A program made the translations under genes and the position numbers. From assembly GCF_018977255.1 (NCBI RefSeq), contig NW_024704743.1, positions 114,764,001 through 114,828,000 of the forward strand: 64,000 bases of DNA, in the 5' to 3' direction. Positions 10,530-24,130 of the stretch are shown piece after piece (the first letter of the stretch is position 1; each line of letters starts with the position of its first letter). This DNA is from Callorhinchus milii. Lineage: Eukaryota. A model generated the notes under the pieces. That model was not told where the DNA came from. It worked only from the letters and a program-made list of their open reading frames with translations, and ran no database searches.

Positions 10530-10900
10530 CCCATCCACCTTACATTTCTTCCACTCCTTTAAGTTGGAGGCGAAAGTTTTTGTTGTAATACAGTAGTTAT
10601 ATAAAAGTAAGTTGAGGAGTAGAAGGTGGTTTGCACTCAGCTGAAGTGGCTCAAGTCACTTACAAGGAAGCAGCAAAAGCCACATGGACTCAGAGATGGG
10701 GGGAAAGGCACCTTTATATTAGCACAAACATTCATCACAAACTTAAACTCTCTCCCTCTCCCTCCAACCTTCCCTGTCTCAGGGAAGTGGAAAGGAAAGC
10801 CAACCTTGGAAATTATAGCATGCGATTGCTCACATAACACGCACATATAACACACACACTCGCTCTCTCTCCTCCTGCATCACCACAACACAACATTGCA
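10530..10900 (-). promoter_or_regulatory. Candidate PREX2 promoter / 5' non-coding exon region
   Basis: First unique, TE-free sequence upstream of the arrays. TATATAAAAG at 10598-10607; minus-strand donor-like GTAAGG (10543) and GTAAGT (10663). Positional inference only. Confidence 0.3.
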
Positions 10901-11579
10901 AAGCCCCTTCCTATCTGTTCTCACGTTTCCAGCAAATCTGCATTCACATCCCCTTCCTGCGCTGTTTATTAGACGGATGGAGAAGGAATTCAGGGTTTTG
11001 CTGCTGGCGATCCCATCGAATTCCTGAAACTGTCCAGGGAATGCTTACATGGTCAATTCATCTTTTGCCAATGCAAAACGAAAAGCTGACCCACAAGTAC
11101 AGAGAAGCCTGCAGTTGATGTGATCAAAATGTGCTTAATACTGGACTTCTGGGGGAACAAGCTTATCTTATTAAGAACACAGTTGGCTGAAACTATTAGA
11201 GAAACCGGTGCATTTAGGAATTAGCAGTGTAGTTAAAGGACAGGGCTGCTTCACCGCAAATTTTGTTTTACTGCTGGGAGTTCAGTGCTCAAAGTTTCTC
11301 CACTGTTGTGATTAAAGTTAATAACCAGATTTCACAAAAGTTTCCCCTTCAGTCAAGAATCAAACTAACATACTGGGGTCATTGAAGAACAACAGGAACT
11401 GGATACTAGAATGGACAGACTTGGTATTCTGGAAGGAAGAGATCAAATAGACTAAAATAGGTTCATTCTTCATCCCAAACCTCTCTCTTGTGATCTTTCC
11501 TGACCTGCAATCAACCAACATGAAAATAAAGTACTGTACTTGAAATCAATTGTGAAGTAAAAATTTAAACTGGTATTAA

Positions 11580-11960
11580 AGTCGGCTCAGTTGGTAAAAC
11601 TGCCAAATATCTGCGAAAAAAAAGTGAGACACAGCCCCATAAGGTCCTTGCCTCGATTCCTGGTCTGTATTGAGTTAGCTCATGTCAGCTGAGGTCAGCA
11701 GTGGAGGTACTGCAATTTGCCATAGGATCCTTCAGTGAGTGATGGGGGGAAATTCAGCCACGTTTGCTGCTTTTGATCACAAACCAGTGACACCTGCTGG
11801 TAAATGTCTATTTGTGAATTTCGGGTAAAAAAAAACAGGGTTTGGTTCCCTGTGATTTCACCCCCCCACCCCCATTAAATATTAAATTAAATTATACTTG
11901 GGAGGAATAGTCACTTTAGTTGGATACTGGAGAGTGCTGTAGTGGGCTCTAATGGGATAA
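11580..11960 (+). mobile_element. Ancient tRNA-headed SINE-like element (family C), degraded
   Basis: ggctcagttggtaa A box, tcgattcc B box, then tggtctgtattgagttagct...ggggaaattcagcca...ccagtgacacctgctgg; homologous to copies at ~16920, ~19100 and ~55640. Confidence 0.6.
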
Positions 11961-12264
11961 TAATGAGTTACATTCTTCTCTCTGTCAGGGAATTATTTCT
12001 TTGATTTAAATGTAAATATATATTTTACTAATAAATAAATACCTGTATATATTTTGTTTAAATAAAAAAAAGCGAGGAGGGGGAGAAAATAAGACGAAAC
12101 AAAGAGAAGTGATACAAAACCAGTTCGCTCCTTGAGAGGGGGGGTCCTTCTAAGTAAAGAAAAATCCAAATAGCTCCTGGAGGTACCGAATTGTAGCATG
12201 AAAGTCTAACACGGAAGGGTAAACATCAATGATAAATACAGTAGTATGAACTTCAAGTGTGCAG

Positions 12265-12420
12265 CAGCAACAACTTGCATTTATATAGTGCCCCTCAGGT
12301 GGGGTAGTGTCACGGAGTGCTTCATATTGGCGGAGTCTGACAACAAGCTAAGGGGAGAGGGAAGCACGATCAAAAAGGAAGGTCTTCAGGTGGGATTTGA
12401 AGGTGGGGGATGGATGATAA
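12265..12420 (-). mobile_element. L2 3' end fragment
   Basis: Reverse strand encodes [13 protein letters not shown] followed by the tail ctatataaatgcaagttgttg. Confidence 0.7.
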
Positions 12421-14594
12421 AATGTACCAATATAATAAACGTAAAAAAAGATGTAACACATACTACAAGGAGACAGTGAACCATAATAGTGAGCTACCAG
12501 CTGAGCCAGGCTGCCACCTATAATCTGTTGTAGTTCCAAAGTTGTCCCAGTAATGTGATCATTACTTGCTGTTTTCTGATGATTTTAATCAGAGATGACT
12601 GATAGGTACATTAAGAGCATTCAAAACTACAGGATCTGTAGCGGCATATAAAAAAAACTCCAGATTGTGTATTTGTTTATCATCTAAACAACCAGCAAGC
12701 AATCTTTTGACAACTTTGAGATTGCAAATGATGCAGCATTTTGACACAGTTGGTAGAAAAGGCCAGCTTTGTAGCACCTTTTAGTGGAAGGTTTTCTAGT
12801 TAAAGTTTGAGATACTTCCCTGGTGAAGCATACTCCATCCAAACTCTACAACAGGTGTCGGAACAGAATCCAATCATCTCCCCCAACAAGATCTCAAATG
12901 ATTGATTCAAGAAAACATTTTCCATGATGCTCATCACCTCTTATCAAAACCATCAGCAGGAAGAGAGCAATGTTCAAACAATATTGGACAATCTTGGAAC
13001 CGCATATGATGTTGGTTTTAAAGCAACAGAGTTGTAGAAAAGGCCAGTGTTGTCCAGATTGTAGACACAGGTAGGATATTTACCCTCAAAACTTTCTGCA
13101 GCTAAATTCAGCCAAAGAGAAAAGCAGTCTGATCAGCACTCGTGGCTTTATTATTGGCAGATTTTCATTGACAGACCGCAATGTTTACTTGAAGTTCTGG
13201 CCCCAGCTCTGTGCATACTCAAACGTCAGCCACTCTGATCTGGTGCCTGGAGTCATGTTTTCTCAGTGTGTGTGTAGCATCGCTGGCAAGCTTAGAATTC
13301 ATTTTGTTCACCCATAGATTTAGTCTCCTCTCCACGTTATTGTGCTTGCTTACGCCTACAAAATACAGTCACTGCACTTTACAGTATATCCTGCGAAGCT
13401 CTTTGACACGTCTTCAGGATATGGAAGGCACTATATCAAATGCGTGGTGGGCATGGGTAAAGATAGATGAACTCGATTTAGAGGCTATGTTACTGACTGA
13501 AAGTAAATGAGCCACATACATGCCAAACCCAGGCTGTGTAAATGTACCTTGTGGGGATGGGCATATTCAGCTTCCAGATGCACAGTTGGTATTTCTGCAC
13601 TATGAGAACAACACATGTAGTGTGTACTCCCAGAGAGCCTGAAGTCTCATTGGAAGGTCAGCGATAGATCAGAGCTCCATGAATTGTTTGAGCTTAATTA
13701 ACAGAGATTTGGCTGAATTTAGTTGCAGAGGGTTTTGAGGGTATATATCCTACCTAGATCTACAATCTAGACAAAACTGGTCTTTTCCAGCTTAATTAAC
13801 AGGTATAAAATGTATGCAATTGAAGTTCAGAGCGGAATGTTTTCAGCTGATCTAGGGCACTTGGTTCATCATAAGGAAACTATACTCTATATCATAGTTA
13901 GACTAGGTTCAATTGTGATTCATCAAACAGTATGTCTGAAAATCTTACATAGTTACTGTTGTGTAGCAATCGGATGGCGTTTTCTTTAAGGTATATTTCA
14001 GGCACTCTCCTACAAAATACACAGTCGCTATGCTTTGCATTAAATCCTGTGAAGTGTTTTGAGACTTCCTCCTGATGTGAATCTACCAAATGCAAGGATT
14101 ATATTATTATATAACCTTCAGTGTGTCACCACTTCCAATGACAAAAAATATGTTCCAGTGCAATTGACTAGGTACACATAACAAGAATACACACACTAAA
14201 ACCTGCAGGTTTAACATGCAAAGTATAAAAAACTGGGGGGCATTAAAACAAGGCATTAACACCGCACAAGCTATATCAATAAAAGCTTTGCATTGAAATA
14301 TATATCTGTTCTATTTCATCTCATGATTCAGACTTTCCAGCAAATACTCCTGTTTTGCCCTAGGTGGCACAAGATAGCAGCGGAACACAAAAATGACATC
14401 TTGAAGAGAAAGAGCCTTTCATGGATTCTGGGACCAAATAAAATGTGTGTCCGTGTATTATATCAAGAATGTAACTACCTTTAAAGTAATAATTTGTTTC
14501 ATAAGAAACACAATTAGAAAACAGTACTGCTCTCCACTTACAGAATAACCAGACTGAGCACATCTGTAGCCCCTTCACTAAATAAATACATTTT

Positions 14595-15030
14595 AAAATA
14601 ATAATAATTTGATCACTCGATCCACAACTGTTTGTGGGACACTGTTGTGCGCAATTGGCTGCCACGTTTCACCCACAAAATATACAATCAATTTACTTTA
14701 CAGTATATTTATTGAACACCTTGTGTTTGGAGTCCTGTAGCTCAGTGGTTAGAGAACTAGCCTCACAAGCAAGAGACCTGGGCGAAACCTTGGACAAGTT
14801 TCCTTACTCCATACACCTGATAATAATCCTTCAAGAAAAAAAAACTAAAATAATTTGGTCACTCAATCCACGACTGTTTGTGGGACACTGCTGTGCGCAA
14901 TTGGCTGCCGCATTTCCCCCACAAAAATACAGTCAATTCACTTTACAGTACATTCTGTGAAGCGCTTTGAGACGTCTTAAAGACATGATAAGGCGCTATA
15001 TCAAATGAAAGGATTATTATGTTATTATTA
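14595..15030 (+). mobile_element. Family A SINE 3' part (14595-14720) followed directly by a family A short-variant copy (14728-15030, B box deleted)
   Basis: Two successive aatttggtcactcaatccac..ctgtttgtgggacactg blocks, with the head ggagtcctgtagctcagtggttagag at 14729. Confidence 0.85.
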
Positions 15031-16919
15031 CTATAGACTCTCATTTATTTTTCTCATGGATCTGATCCCTGATTTACAGGTTCTCAAAACTAAGAGAAAA
15101 CTGGCACAAGCAACACTATTAGCCAGTACACTATTACAGTAAATTCTGTGAAGCACTTTGAGACATCCTCTTGACATGAAAGGCATGGTATCAAATGCAA
15201 GGATTATTATTCATGTCACATACTATTATTAGAATCCAATTATTGCTCTGCAATGTTGTCCAGTAGGATTGGTAGCAAATTTTCATTGGATTTTGGAGCT
15301 TGCCTAAATACATTAAACATTTTATCTCCATAAGAAAATGTTTAATGACTGTAGGATTTATAAATTGTCTCTTTTAGTTTTTTTCCACTGGTTTTCTTGT
15401 GGACTTGGCAGCACTACAATTTATTTAGACATATGCACTTTCTATCAGAACATGAGTAACTATTAGAAAAGTCTAAAGAAACATAATAAAAAATAATTTA
15501 AGGTCATTTGATTCCTTATAGTTGACTTCTTGGATATAGTTTTAGATAGCAGTGTACAAACATGGTGGTAATAATCCTTGCATTTGCAGGTCACAGGGAA
15601 TTCTAAGGAGAATTGCTTATTAAGAAATCCTATTGAAAATGATAATATAATAATAATCGTGGCAGTTGACATAGTACCTTATTACAGAATTGTATTATGA
15701 AATGTAGAGGTTGTGTATTTGTAGGGTTACACAGCAGCCAATTTGCGCACAGTAAACAGGAAAAATATTGCCTAATAGGCGCCATAATATATACTTTCAA
15801 AAAGCTATATCAAATGGTATTGAGGAACTGATCAGCCATGATGGGACAATTGGCCTTCTGATGTTCCAATATTACTAAATCAAATACATTCAACTAAATG
15901 GATTCATTTATTTTATAGACTTACAAAACATGCAGAAAACATCAATTTGTTTTTCCTATTATTACCATTCATAAAGAGGGCAAGATTATGAGTTCTGATT
16001 GCTAGAGCCATGCTTGCTTTGAAAATTCATTTTGAAGAGGCCATTCAAAGTACAAACATTCGAAACTCACTCTGCAGGCAACCTGCACTCATGTAACTCC
16101 TGTCACCCCCAAGAACGATAGACCAAGAGAACAATCAAAATATAAGATTATATTAAAACAGGTGAATTGTACATTTTACCACAGATGTATTGCTAAGATG
16201 GAGGATCTTTCCTTGCTGCTAATAGGCACAAATAATCTGACTGAATTAGTCTCGTGCTGAATTGTCTCAACCACAAAAAACTCCAAAGGAGATGAGGGTG
16301 GTGAGATATTCATTCTCTTCCAGTCAATACATTTATTGAACTCTGGTGGCTTCATTTTGGACAATCAAGGTCCGTAAATGTATTGATCAGAATAGAGTCA
16401 AACAGTCAAAGTCAAGAAAATTTACTGACCATCAGAGGAGTTCTCCTCAAATCACTCCAATGTAGTGGGTTCAGAGATTTATGCCATTTTCTTCCGGCAA
16501 TGCTTTTTAATGCATCATACTCTATACACCCTGCCTCAAGGCATCTTCTTTAATCTTCATAAGGCTAATTTACACATATTATAATGCCATTTGCATTTCG
16601 TTCAAATTCTGTAGAATTTAAGTTGATTACAATTTTGCATAATGTAAAACTCATTTGCAAAGTGCACTAACCCACAGTATGTGATGCAAAATGTATTAAG
16701 GCAAAAATGTCCACTGAGTATTATACTGTAATACCAAAGAACAAAAAGGAATACATTTAACCCAACTATATTAACTGTGGATGGGCTCCCATGCCCCTTG
16801 GCTGGAAAGATATTGCACAGTTTTGAATCAGATGTTGTGAAGAGAAAATCTGAGGATAAAACTGGTAAATGATAGAGGAGGAATCTGATTGTGGGGTGGA
16901 TAAAGCTGCAGGTCATGGA

Positions 16920-17215
16920 CTAGGAGCTCGCTGGCTTGAAACCTGGTTTGTTTGCTGCTCTCACCGGAACTGCATAGGAAGATTAAATTGGTCCTGGGTT
17001 AGAGAGGAGAAAACCATACTGGACTATTGCTCCTAGTCCTCATACAGCACCCTCAACTGCTTGTGTGTGGCAGCTGGGTGGGGAGAGGTCAGGCTTGGCT
17101 GGTCTACCAACACTCACTGCCTCGGCTCACACTTGGGTGGGTTGCTGGAGGGAAAGCAGCATCCATGAAACCACACCCCAGCAAAGTGGGCCAGACTAGG
17201 AGAGGAGTAGCAGAG
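16920..17215 (+). mobile_element. Family C SINE-like element, degraded
   Basis: attggtcctgggttagagaggagaaaacc...caacactcactgcctcggctcacac...ccatgaaaccacaccccagcaa. Confidence 0.55.
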
Positions 17216-17299
17216 AGGCATAATCCAGTGGGCAGAAAATTAGAAAAAATAACTAGATGCATTTTTTTAAGAAAAGTAACAGATGGAACTAAGAGTCAC

Positions 17300-18205
17300 A
17301 AGCACAGTGGCTAAGTTTGCAGGTGATACCAAGCTAATGAAGGTGGTAGATTTGAAAGCTGAACAAGATAGACTACATGAGCATTTGAAAAGACTTGGGA
17401 ATTGAGCAGCTCGGTGGCAGATTAAATTCAATGTGGAGAAATGTAAAGTACTTCACATGGGGACAAAAATCCTGGAAGGGATTATTATTTGAACAGAAGG
17501 AAAATAATAATAAATACAGAAAATGAAAAGGACCTGGGGATCCTGATTGACAATAAATGCTTTATGGCAGTGAGTAAAGCAAACCAGATGTTAAGATATA
17601 TAAAAAGATCAATAGCAAGCTGAAATAGCGGGGTAATCCTGCAACTGTATAAATCATTGGTAAGACCATATTTAGATACTGTGTACAGTTCTGGCCGCCG
17701 CAATACAAAAAGAATATTGGAGAAATCGAGAAGATACAGAGGACAGGAACCAAAATGATTGAGGGTGTGGAAGAACTGGACTATGAGGAGAGATTAAGTC
17801 AATTGGGCATGTTCATGCTTGAAAAGAAAAGATTGAGAAGCGACATGATTGTTGTCTTTAAGATTCTAAAGGGTCTAGACAATATGACAGGCTCTTTCAA
17901 CTTGTCCAGAATAGTAAAACCAGAGGACATGGCCTGCCATTGAAGGGGGGTAAATTCAGAACAAATTTACGCAAACACTATTTCAGTGAGCAAATAGTGA
18001 ACCTGTGGAAAAGGCTCCCTAGGGAGACGGTTGAAGCAGGAAGTGTTGATTCTTTCAAACACAAATTAGATAGTTTTCTTTTAGGAAATAACTTTAAGGG
18101 ACATAGGTCATTTGCAACATATGTGCACGCAACTGCCAGGAAGGTGGAAGGTGAAATAGATGGACCTTGGTCTTTTATCATCTAGCATTTCTTATGTTCT
18201 TATGT
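17300..18205 (+). mobile_element. CR1-clade LINE 3' portion (decayed RT, TTCTTATG tail subfamily)
   Basis: KFA(D)DTKL, WQIKFNVEKCKVLH, LYKSLVRP.L.YCVQFW, KRLRSDMI, VNLWKRLP; tail ttcttatgttcttatgt. Confidence 0.9.
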
Positions 18206-19099
18206 AGATAAAAGCATAATATAAAGCTTCGTTTTGCAACAATCATCTTTTCTGTTACATTTGATACTAATTTAAAGCCTAAATTTCTATGTTCCTAAAA
18301 CCAAATGTACTGCAAAAGTTTATAACTCACCAAAATGCTGCAAGAAACTGGAAAATAAAAATAATGCTGAAAAAGCAAAAGAGGAAGATAGGTAAAGAGC
18401 ATCTCAAGTTGTGTTTCCATTAAGAAATATGTCTACAGACTGATCATTGCAGGATTGAATCATTGAATAACCAAGTATTGGGTCCTACATTTTCAAAAAG
18501 AAATTACAAGTTGATATAAATACTTTACTGTGAAAAAGATATAAATACTATATTGTACAAGCACTAAAAGTTGCTTGAAAGATATGTTATGCTGATCTTA
18601 GTGTAAATGGCAGTGTGGACAAAATGTCAACATTTCCCTAAGGGAATGATAAATAGTCCATTAAACAGTAGTCCAGCTTATAATTGTTGAAATCCATCTT
18701 GCTCATGGCTTTCAAAGTCAAATATCAACTGTCATAGAGGCATCTGAATTCAAAATATATTAAATATGTTTATGAATCACCTTTAAGCTAAAAGCTAATA
18801 TATTGGCCAAAAAAAAAGTTCAGTCTGACCTTTTGGAGAGAATCACTGGTTAAAATACGCAATTAAGTTACTTGAACCAATTTCTGTTTCCTGCTTCAAA
18901 AAGATTAAGTAAATCTGTCTGAGGGAATCAATTTAGCAGCCAAAATCATAGACCACCTTGCATTAGGCCATTAGGAAAAAACAAGCTCAACACAAAACTA
19001 TTAGCGGATGCAGATATATATTAATCCAGGTGATTTTCTAATTACCGTAAGTGTATGGACTCCTCCTAGAGGTGATTGTTAGGAGAGGAAGGAGCTCAG

Positions 19100-19240
19100 C
19101 TACGATTTCCCCCCATGCGCCATCCACCCACATCAATCCATGGATATCCCGACACTCACTGTCAAAGCTCACTCATGAAAAATAACTTATTGGTTGAGGT
19201 AGAATCGAGCGCCTGTGGAACTATTTCCCAGCAAGCGGCA
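19100..19240 (+). mobile_element. Family C SINE-like 3' fragment
   Basis: ccgacactcactgtcaaagctcactcatgaaaaat...cctgtggaactatttcccagcaa matches the 17105-17185 and 55855-55948 segments. Confidence 0.55.
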
Positions 19241-20751
19241 AGTTGGAATCTGAAGTGCAAGTGGAGAGATGAAAACAGATCTAATCTGTGGATCAGTGAG
19301 GCCAAAATAGCTCAGCGGACACTTGGTAGATATGGTTATTAACGAATTAGGACAAAAAAACAGGGAAATTATATTAAAGAGATGTTAAAATGTTAAAATC
19401 TACCATGTCAAAATCTGCGTGTTAAAATCTGCTCTGTTTCATGCAAGTGTTTGCTACAGATCATTCCCAATTTTTGGTGCTAATCTATCTTGGGTGTAGC
19501 TAATTGTGTTCTGCAGCTCTGTAATATTGTCGTCTATTCTCTTTTCCATTATAGAAAACGGGAGCAGCAAGTCGAGTCAACTGGTGCCATAATCCTCAAG
19601 GAGGAGCAAAGGATGATGAGAGATTGCACTTACACTTGATGGCTGGCTGTAGGTTTCCCCACAGGCCACAGCTTTACCAATAAAGCATGGCCTAGTTCAA
19701 CATGATGGAGGAGCTTGTACACAATGTTTGTCTGTCTAGTGAGGCAGTGACTAAAATGTGTTCTCTTGTAGCTGTATATTTGTTAATGCAGTCCCTGGGG
19801 ACAACTGTGCTCTCAGTAGCTTTAAGAGCAACAGCTGCACTGATTTGTTATGCCACCAACTCTTTCCTATCACCAGCTGGGATCATGTGTGGAATAAGCC
19901 AAGCATCTGTCTGCTGATCCATGCTGAAAGGTAACAGAGTCTGAAGTGTTCAATGAAACAGGGCGAGTCATTATTTCGGCAGGCACCAACAGAAACAAAG
20001 AGGGAGGCAGCAACGATACAGTATATTACATTCCCAGCACACCTTTGAGTACAAAGTTATAGGTTATTCCTAAATAAGCTCCCATGAAAATACTAAATGT
20101 GTTTTCGTTTGTATCTTCATACAATGCATTAGCTGATCAGGAACCCTGTGGCTTACATTAATAATCAGGGAGAAGCACTCCATGAATATCTGGTTAATCA
20201 TAAAATGCATATTATTACCAATTGCGCTTGAGAGTGGGCATCATTCTCAGAAGCAGCATCTGGGTCAAAGATGATCAAACTTTTGGTTTGAAGGTGTTTC
20301 GGAAATTGGATTTATGATGTCTCTCCATTGCTTTTGGCACCTCTATGGTGCCTACACACTGAAGTGGAAGTAACCTTTGATCAGACAGTAAGTTGTACCA
20401 GGGTACCAATGAGGACACATTTGGTATCTTGAAACAATTTAAAATTCTGCTGCTTTGATCATTCCAAGGGAATCTGACTGGTTCTTTGTTTGAGTGAAAT
20501 TATCAACTAAGTGCCAATTTGTGCTGAATTGTGGATAGCTTTGTTTTGGGGCTGCATGTCACAAGGAACTCACTTCATGTAGGATCATAAAGCTGGCAGA
20601 AAGAGAAAGCCTTTTATCTCATCAGTCTGGCTTGACTTCAAAACCAAATGTGAAAGCTTATTGAACTGTTCTCCTATTCTAACCAGTCCCTTCAGTCAGA
20701 GTCAGTGTTATAGTTGACAACTTGAGCCTGCTGTGCATCCCCACTTTTCCG

Positions 20752-20968
20752 GGTATAATAATCCCTCAAAAACAAAACAAAAAAACAATAATAATTTGGT
20801 CACTCAATCCACCACTGTTTGTGGGACACTGCTGTACGCAATTGGATGCCGCATTTTGCCCACAAAATATATGGTCAGTTCACTTTACTGTATATTCTGT
20901 GAAGTGCTTTGAGACGTCTTGAAGACATGATAAGGCTCTATATCAGATGCAAGTATTATTATTATTAT
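20752..20968 (+). mobile_element. Family A SINE, 5'-truncated
   Basis: ataataatccctcaaaa...ttggtcactcaatccac...(ATT)n tail. Confidence 0.85.
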
Positions 20969-20984
20969 TCCCTCCCCCTTCAAC

Positions 20985-21240
20985 ACAACCATCGGTGGCC
21001 GAACCTTCAGCCACTACATCCTAATCTCTGGAACTCCCTGTCTCCACTTTTCTGCCTCACCTCCCCTTTCTATCCATGTTTAAATCCCCCCAAAAAGAAC
21101 TCTCTTTTACCACACTAACAGTCACCTCCCACCATCCCCCTCACCCTTCTCCCTCACTTGGAATCCAACCCAATTGTTATGAAGCTCTTTGAAACACTAT
21201 CCTAAGTAAAGGTGCTACATAAAATGCAGACCATTGTTGA
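20985..21240 (+). mobile_element. Old L2 3' fragment
   Basis: accatcggtggccgaaccttcagcc...ctctggaactccct (TIGGR.FS...LWNSL) followed by a decayed tail. Confidence 0.7.
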
Positions 21241-22034
21241 CAGCAACAAAAAATAAGTGGAGAGAGATTGTCAACTCTGTTTCCCAATGAATATTGCAAG
21301 AATATAGTAGTTCTAAGTATTTGGTGCCTCTTTCGTGGTACACTGGTTAATACAAGTACATAATGACAAAGTATGAAATAAAAAAGAACAATGTACAAAA
21401 GTAACTCAACCCTTACATATTTGTGATTTCTCACAGAAATGCCATTGCTGAATTTGTTTCACCAACATGGTCTTAGTCTCTGATCCTGGAAATGATCCAA
21501 CTTTAAGAACCATGTAGATAGGTTGTTAGGCTGCTCCAAGTGATTGGTGATTGTTACTTTTCCCTTCTGATCATTTGTAATAGTGATTGAATTCCAGTGT
21601 CCAGAGTGACTATCCGACTATTACTCAATACCTCAACTTGCAATCACTGTGGCTGGAAACTTGTGGATTAAGTTCTAAAAACACAAATTTTTGACAGAGA
21701 ACAAAACCCCCTTTACGTAGAGCAAAGTCAATTTGTAATTATATTTCCTTGAAGATTTTCCAAACAAAATAAATCCTAGATCAAGAGTATCCAGGGACCT
21801 AGGTCTTAAATCCTTTTCTGCTGAGCTCCATTAGCAGCTTCCTATGTCTTTGATTAAAGTCTATTAGGGACCTTTTTTTCAACAGATTTTCACCAATAAA
21901 TATCTGCTTTGTTGGTGTTTTTTTAAGTATCTGGGAATGCCCGCTCGCTACATTGTGAATCTGGTTGTGTGACTACATACGCTTATTGGGGAAGCAATGT
22001 AACCTATACTAATCTATACATGCATGTATTATAT

Positions 22035-22646
22035 GAGTCCTATGCCTCAGTTGTTAGAGCACTCGCCTCGCAAGTGAGAGGACCTGGGTTTGATTCCCAG
22101 CGAGGGCAAAACATTGGGCAAGTTTCCTTTCACCAGATGCCTCTGTTTACCTTGCAGTAAGCAGGAATCCAGTTTTCAGTCGATTGGCAGATTGCTTTTC
22201 TGGTGGTAATAATACCTTCAAAATTTTTTTAAGAAGTATTCACTCAGTCCACGACTGCTTGTGGGACTGCTGTGCGCAATTGGCTGCTGCGTTTCACCCA
22301 CAAAGTATACAGTCACTATACTTTAATATACTTTCCAAAATACTTTCCTGTAGCTCAGTGGTTAGAGCGTTCGTCTCGCAAGTGAGAGACCTGACTTTGA
22401 TTCCCAGCAGGGTGAAACTTTGGACAAGTTTCCTCACTCACATGCCTGATAATAATCCCTCAAGAAAAAAANTACTAAATTGGTCACTTCAATCCACGAC
22501 TGTTTGCTGTGCGCAATTGGCTGCTGTGTTTTGCCCACAAATATACAGTCAATTCACTGTACAGTCTATTTTGTGAAGCGCTTTGAGATGTCTCAAAGAT
22601 ATGATAAGGCGCTATATCAAATCAAATATCAAGGATTATTATTATA
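22035..22646 (+). mobile_element. Tandem family A SINEs: long variant (22035-22335, tail missing) then short variant (22347-22646)
   Basis: Two tRNA-like heads (gcctcagttgttagagcactcgcctcgcaagtgag; gtagctcagtggttagagcgttcgtctcgcaagtgag) and a single terminal L2 tail. Confidence 0.88.
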
Positions 22647-23364
22647 AAGATGGTGGATCCTTTGAAGGTGTGAGGAAGTAAGTCTTGCTCAGTGCAGAAT
22701 TAGAGATAGAAAAGGTCATAGAAAGAAACAAGAAATTAGAGACTCGGAGAGAGGCAGACAGAGAAAAAGAGACACAGAATGAGAGACAAAGAGATACAAA
22801 GAGCCAGAAAGTGGCAGACAGAGATAAAGACTGGCCACAAGTGTAACTACAACATGACTATACATAGTCATGTTACATTACAGTATATCCTGTGAAGAGC
22901 TTTGAGAAGTCTTGATGATGTGATAAAGCCATATATCAAATGCAAGGATTATTATTATTATTATAACTCCTGATGCAGCAATGTTTTAGTTAGCACCATA
23001 GCCAATTTGTATTTTGCATGATGTCAAATCGTCCACATTGGTTGCTTAAGCGCTCCAACACTCAATACAATAATCATCCCTCTACGGCATCAATAGTGTG
23101 TATTCACTAATAAAACAATTCTTTACATAGTATCGAACTTGTGTTTTTTTCAATGTTACAAAATAAATCCAGTATTTCATCTAAGTTACCCCCAAACAAA
23201 TTCCTTCTGATTTTCTCCTACTTTTTTAGGAAAAAATAGACCCCTAAAAACTTGAGTTTTTATTTTGTGGATAAAAAACTACTTTGATGATCCTTATCTA
23301 TGATGAATTTCTCACTATCTATCCATTTACTAATTACACTTTTCACTGAGAAGGACAAGGAACG

Positions 23365-23850
23365 ACAATGTTAGAGGTCTTCAAGATTATGAGTAGATAA
23401 ATAGCAAATAGATTATTTCCACCAAATGGCAAGTCAGTAATAAGAGGGCACAAATCTAAGGTAACCACCAAATAATACTAATATTAATAAGCCTTGTGTC
23501 TGATATAACACCTTTCACGTTGGGGCAACATCTCAAAGCACTTCACAGGAAATACTGCAAAATGTAGTGACTGTGTATTTTGTAGGTGAAAACCTTTTGT
23601 GGGCAAAAGAATGAAAGCCTTTTGTTAGAAAATAATTAAAGGGTAGATTAGAAAACATTTCTTTTCACAGAGGATGTTTGCAATGTGGAATCCTTTCCCA
23701 CAAAACGGTGTTGAAGCAAAGTCCATCAATTATTTTTTAATGGGAATTGGATAGATGCTGGAAAAAAAGAATATTAAAGGACATCAGGAGTGAGCAAGGG
23801 AGAAAGGTTAGATCATCAGTGCCAAATGAATGGCCTGTTTGAGCTAAAAC
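23365..23850 (+). mobile_element. Old CR1 3' fragment interrupted by an antisense SINE tail (~23480-23600)
   Basis: tagaggtcttcaagattatgag...agagggcacaaatctaag, resuming at gattagaaaacattttcttttcacagagg...gtggaatcc. Confidence 0.65.
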
Positions 23851-23874
23851 GTCCTGGAGAAAATTAATATGATC

Positions 23875-24130
23875 AACAACAACAATTTATATTTATACAG
23901 AGCCATTCACGCTGGGCACCTCACACAGGTGACTGAGAGCCCAAGCTTTGGGAGAGGGGGGAGCTGAAAAGGGCAGGGGGGAAGTAACTATAAGCACGGT
24001 TGAAAAGATATATTTAAGACAGACTATAAATGTGGGGAGAGAGGGGTTTAGACAGAGGGACTACATGCTGGACTTCTAGAAAGCAAGGGTAGAATGGCTG
24101 AAAATTCACCCAGCAATCATGGATCGGATT
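23875..24130 (-). mobile_element. Old L2 3' fragment
   Basis: (CAA)n tail plus tttatatttatacagagc, and aagcacggttgaaaagatatatttaagac (reverse LK.YLFNRA). Confidence 0.55.

Noticed and set aside
7250..10596. Long Pro/Ser/Leu-rich ORFs (1112, 932 and 370 aa)
   Set aside because: They are translations of the minisatellite, whose C-rich strand lacks stop codons. The same peptides recur in all frames, the starts are non-ATG, and two overlap PREX2 exon 1 antisense.
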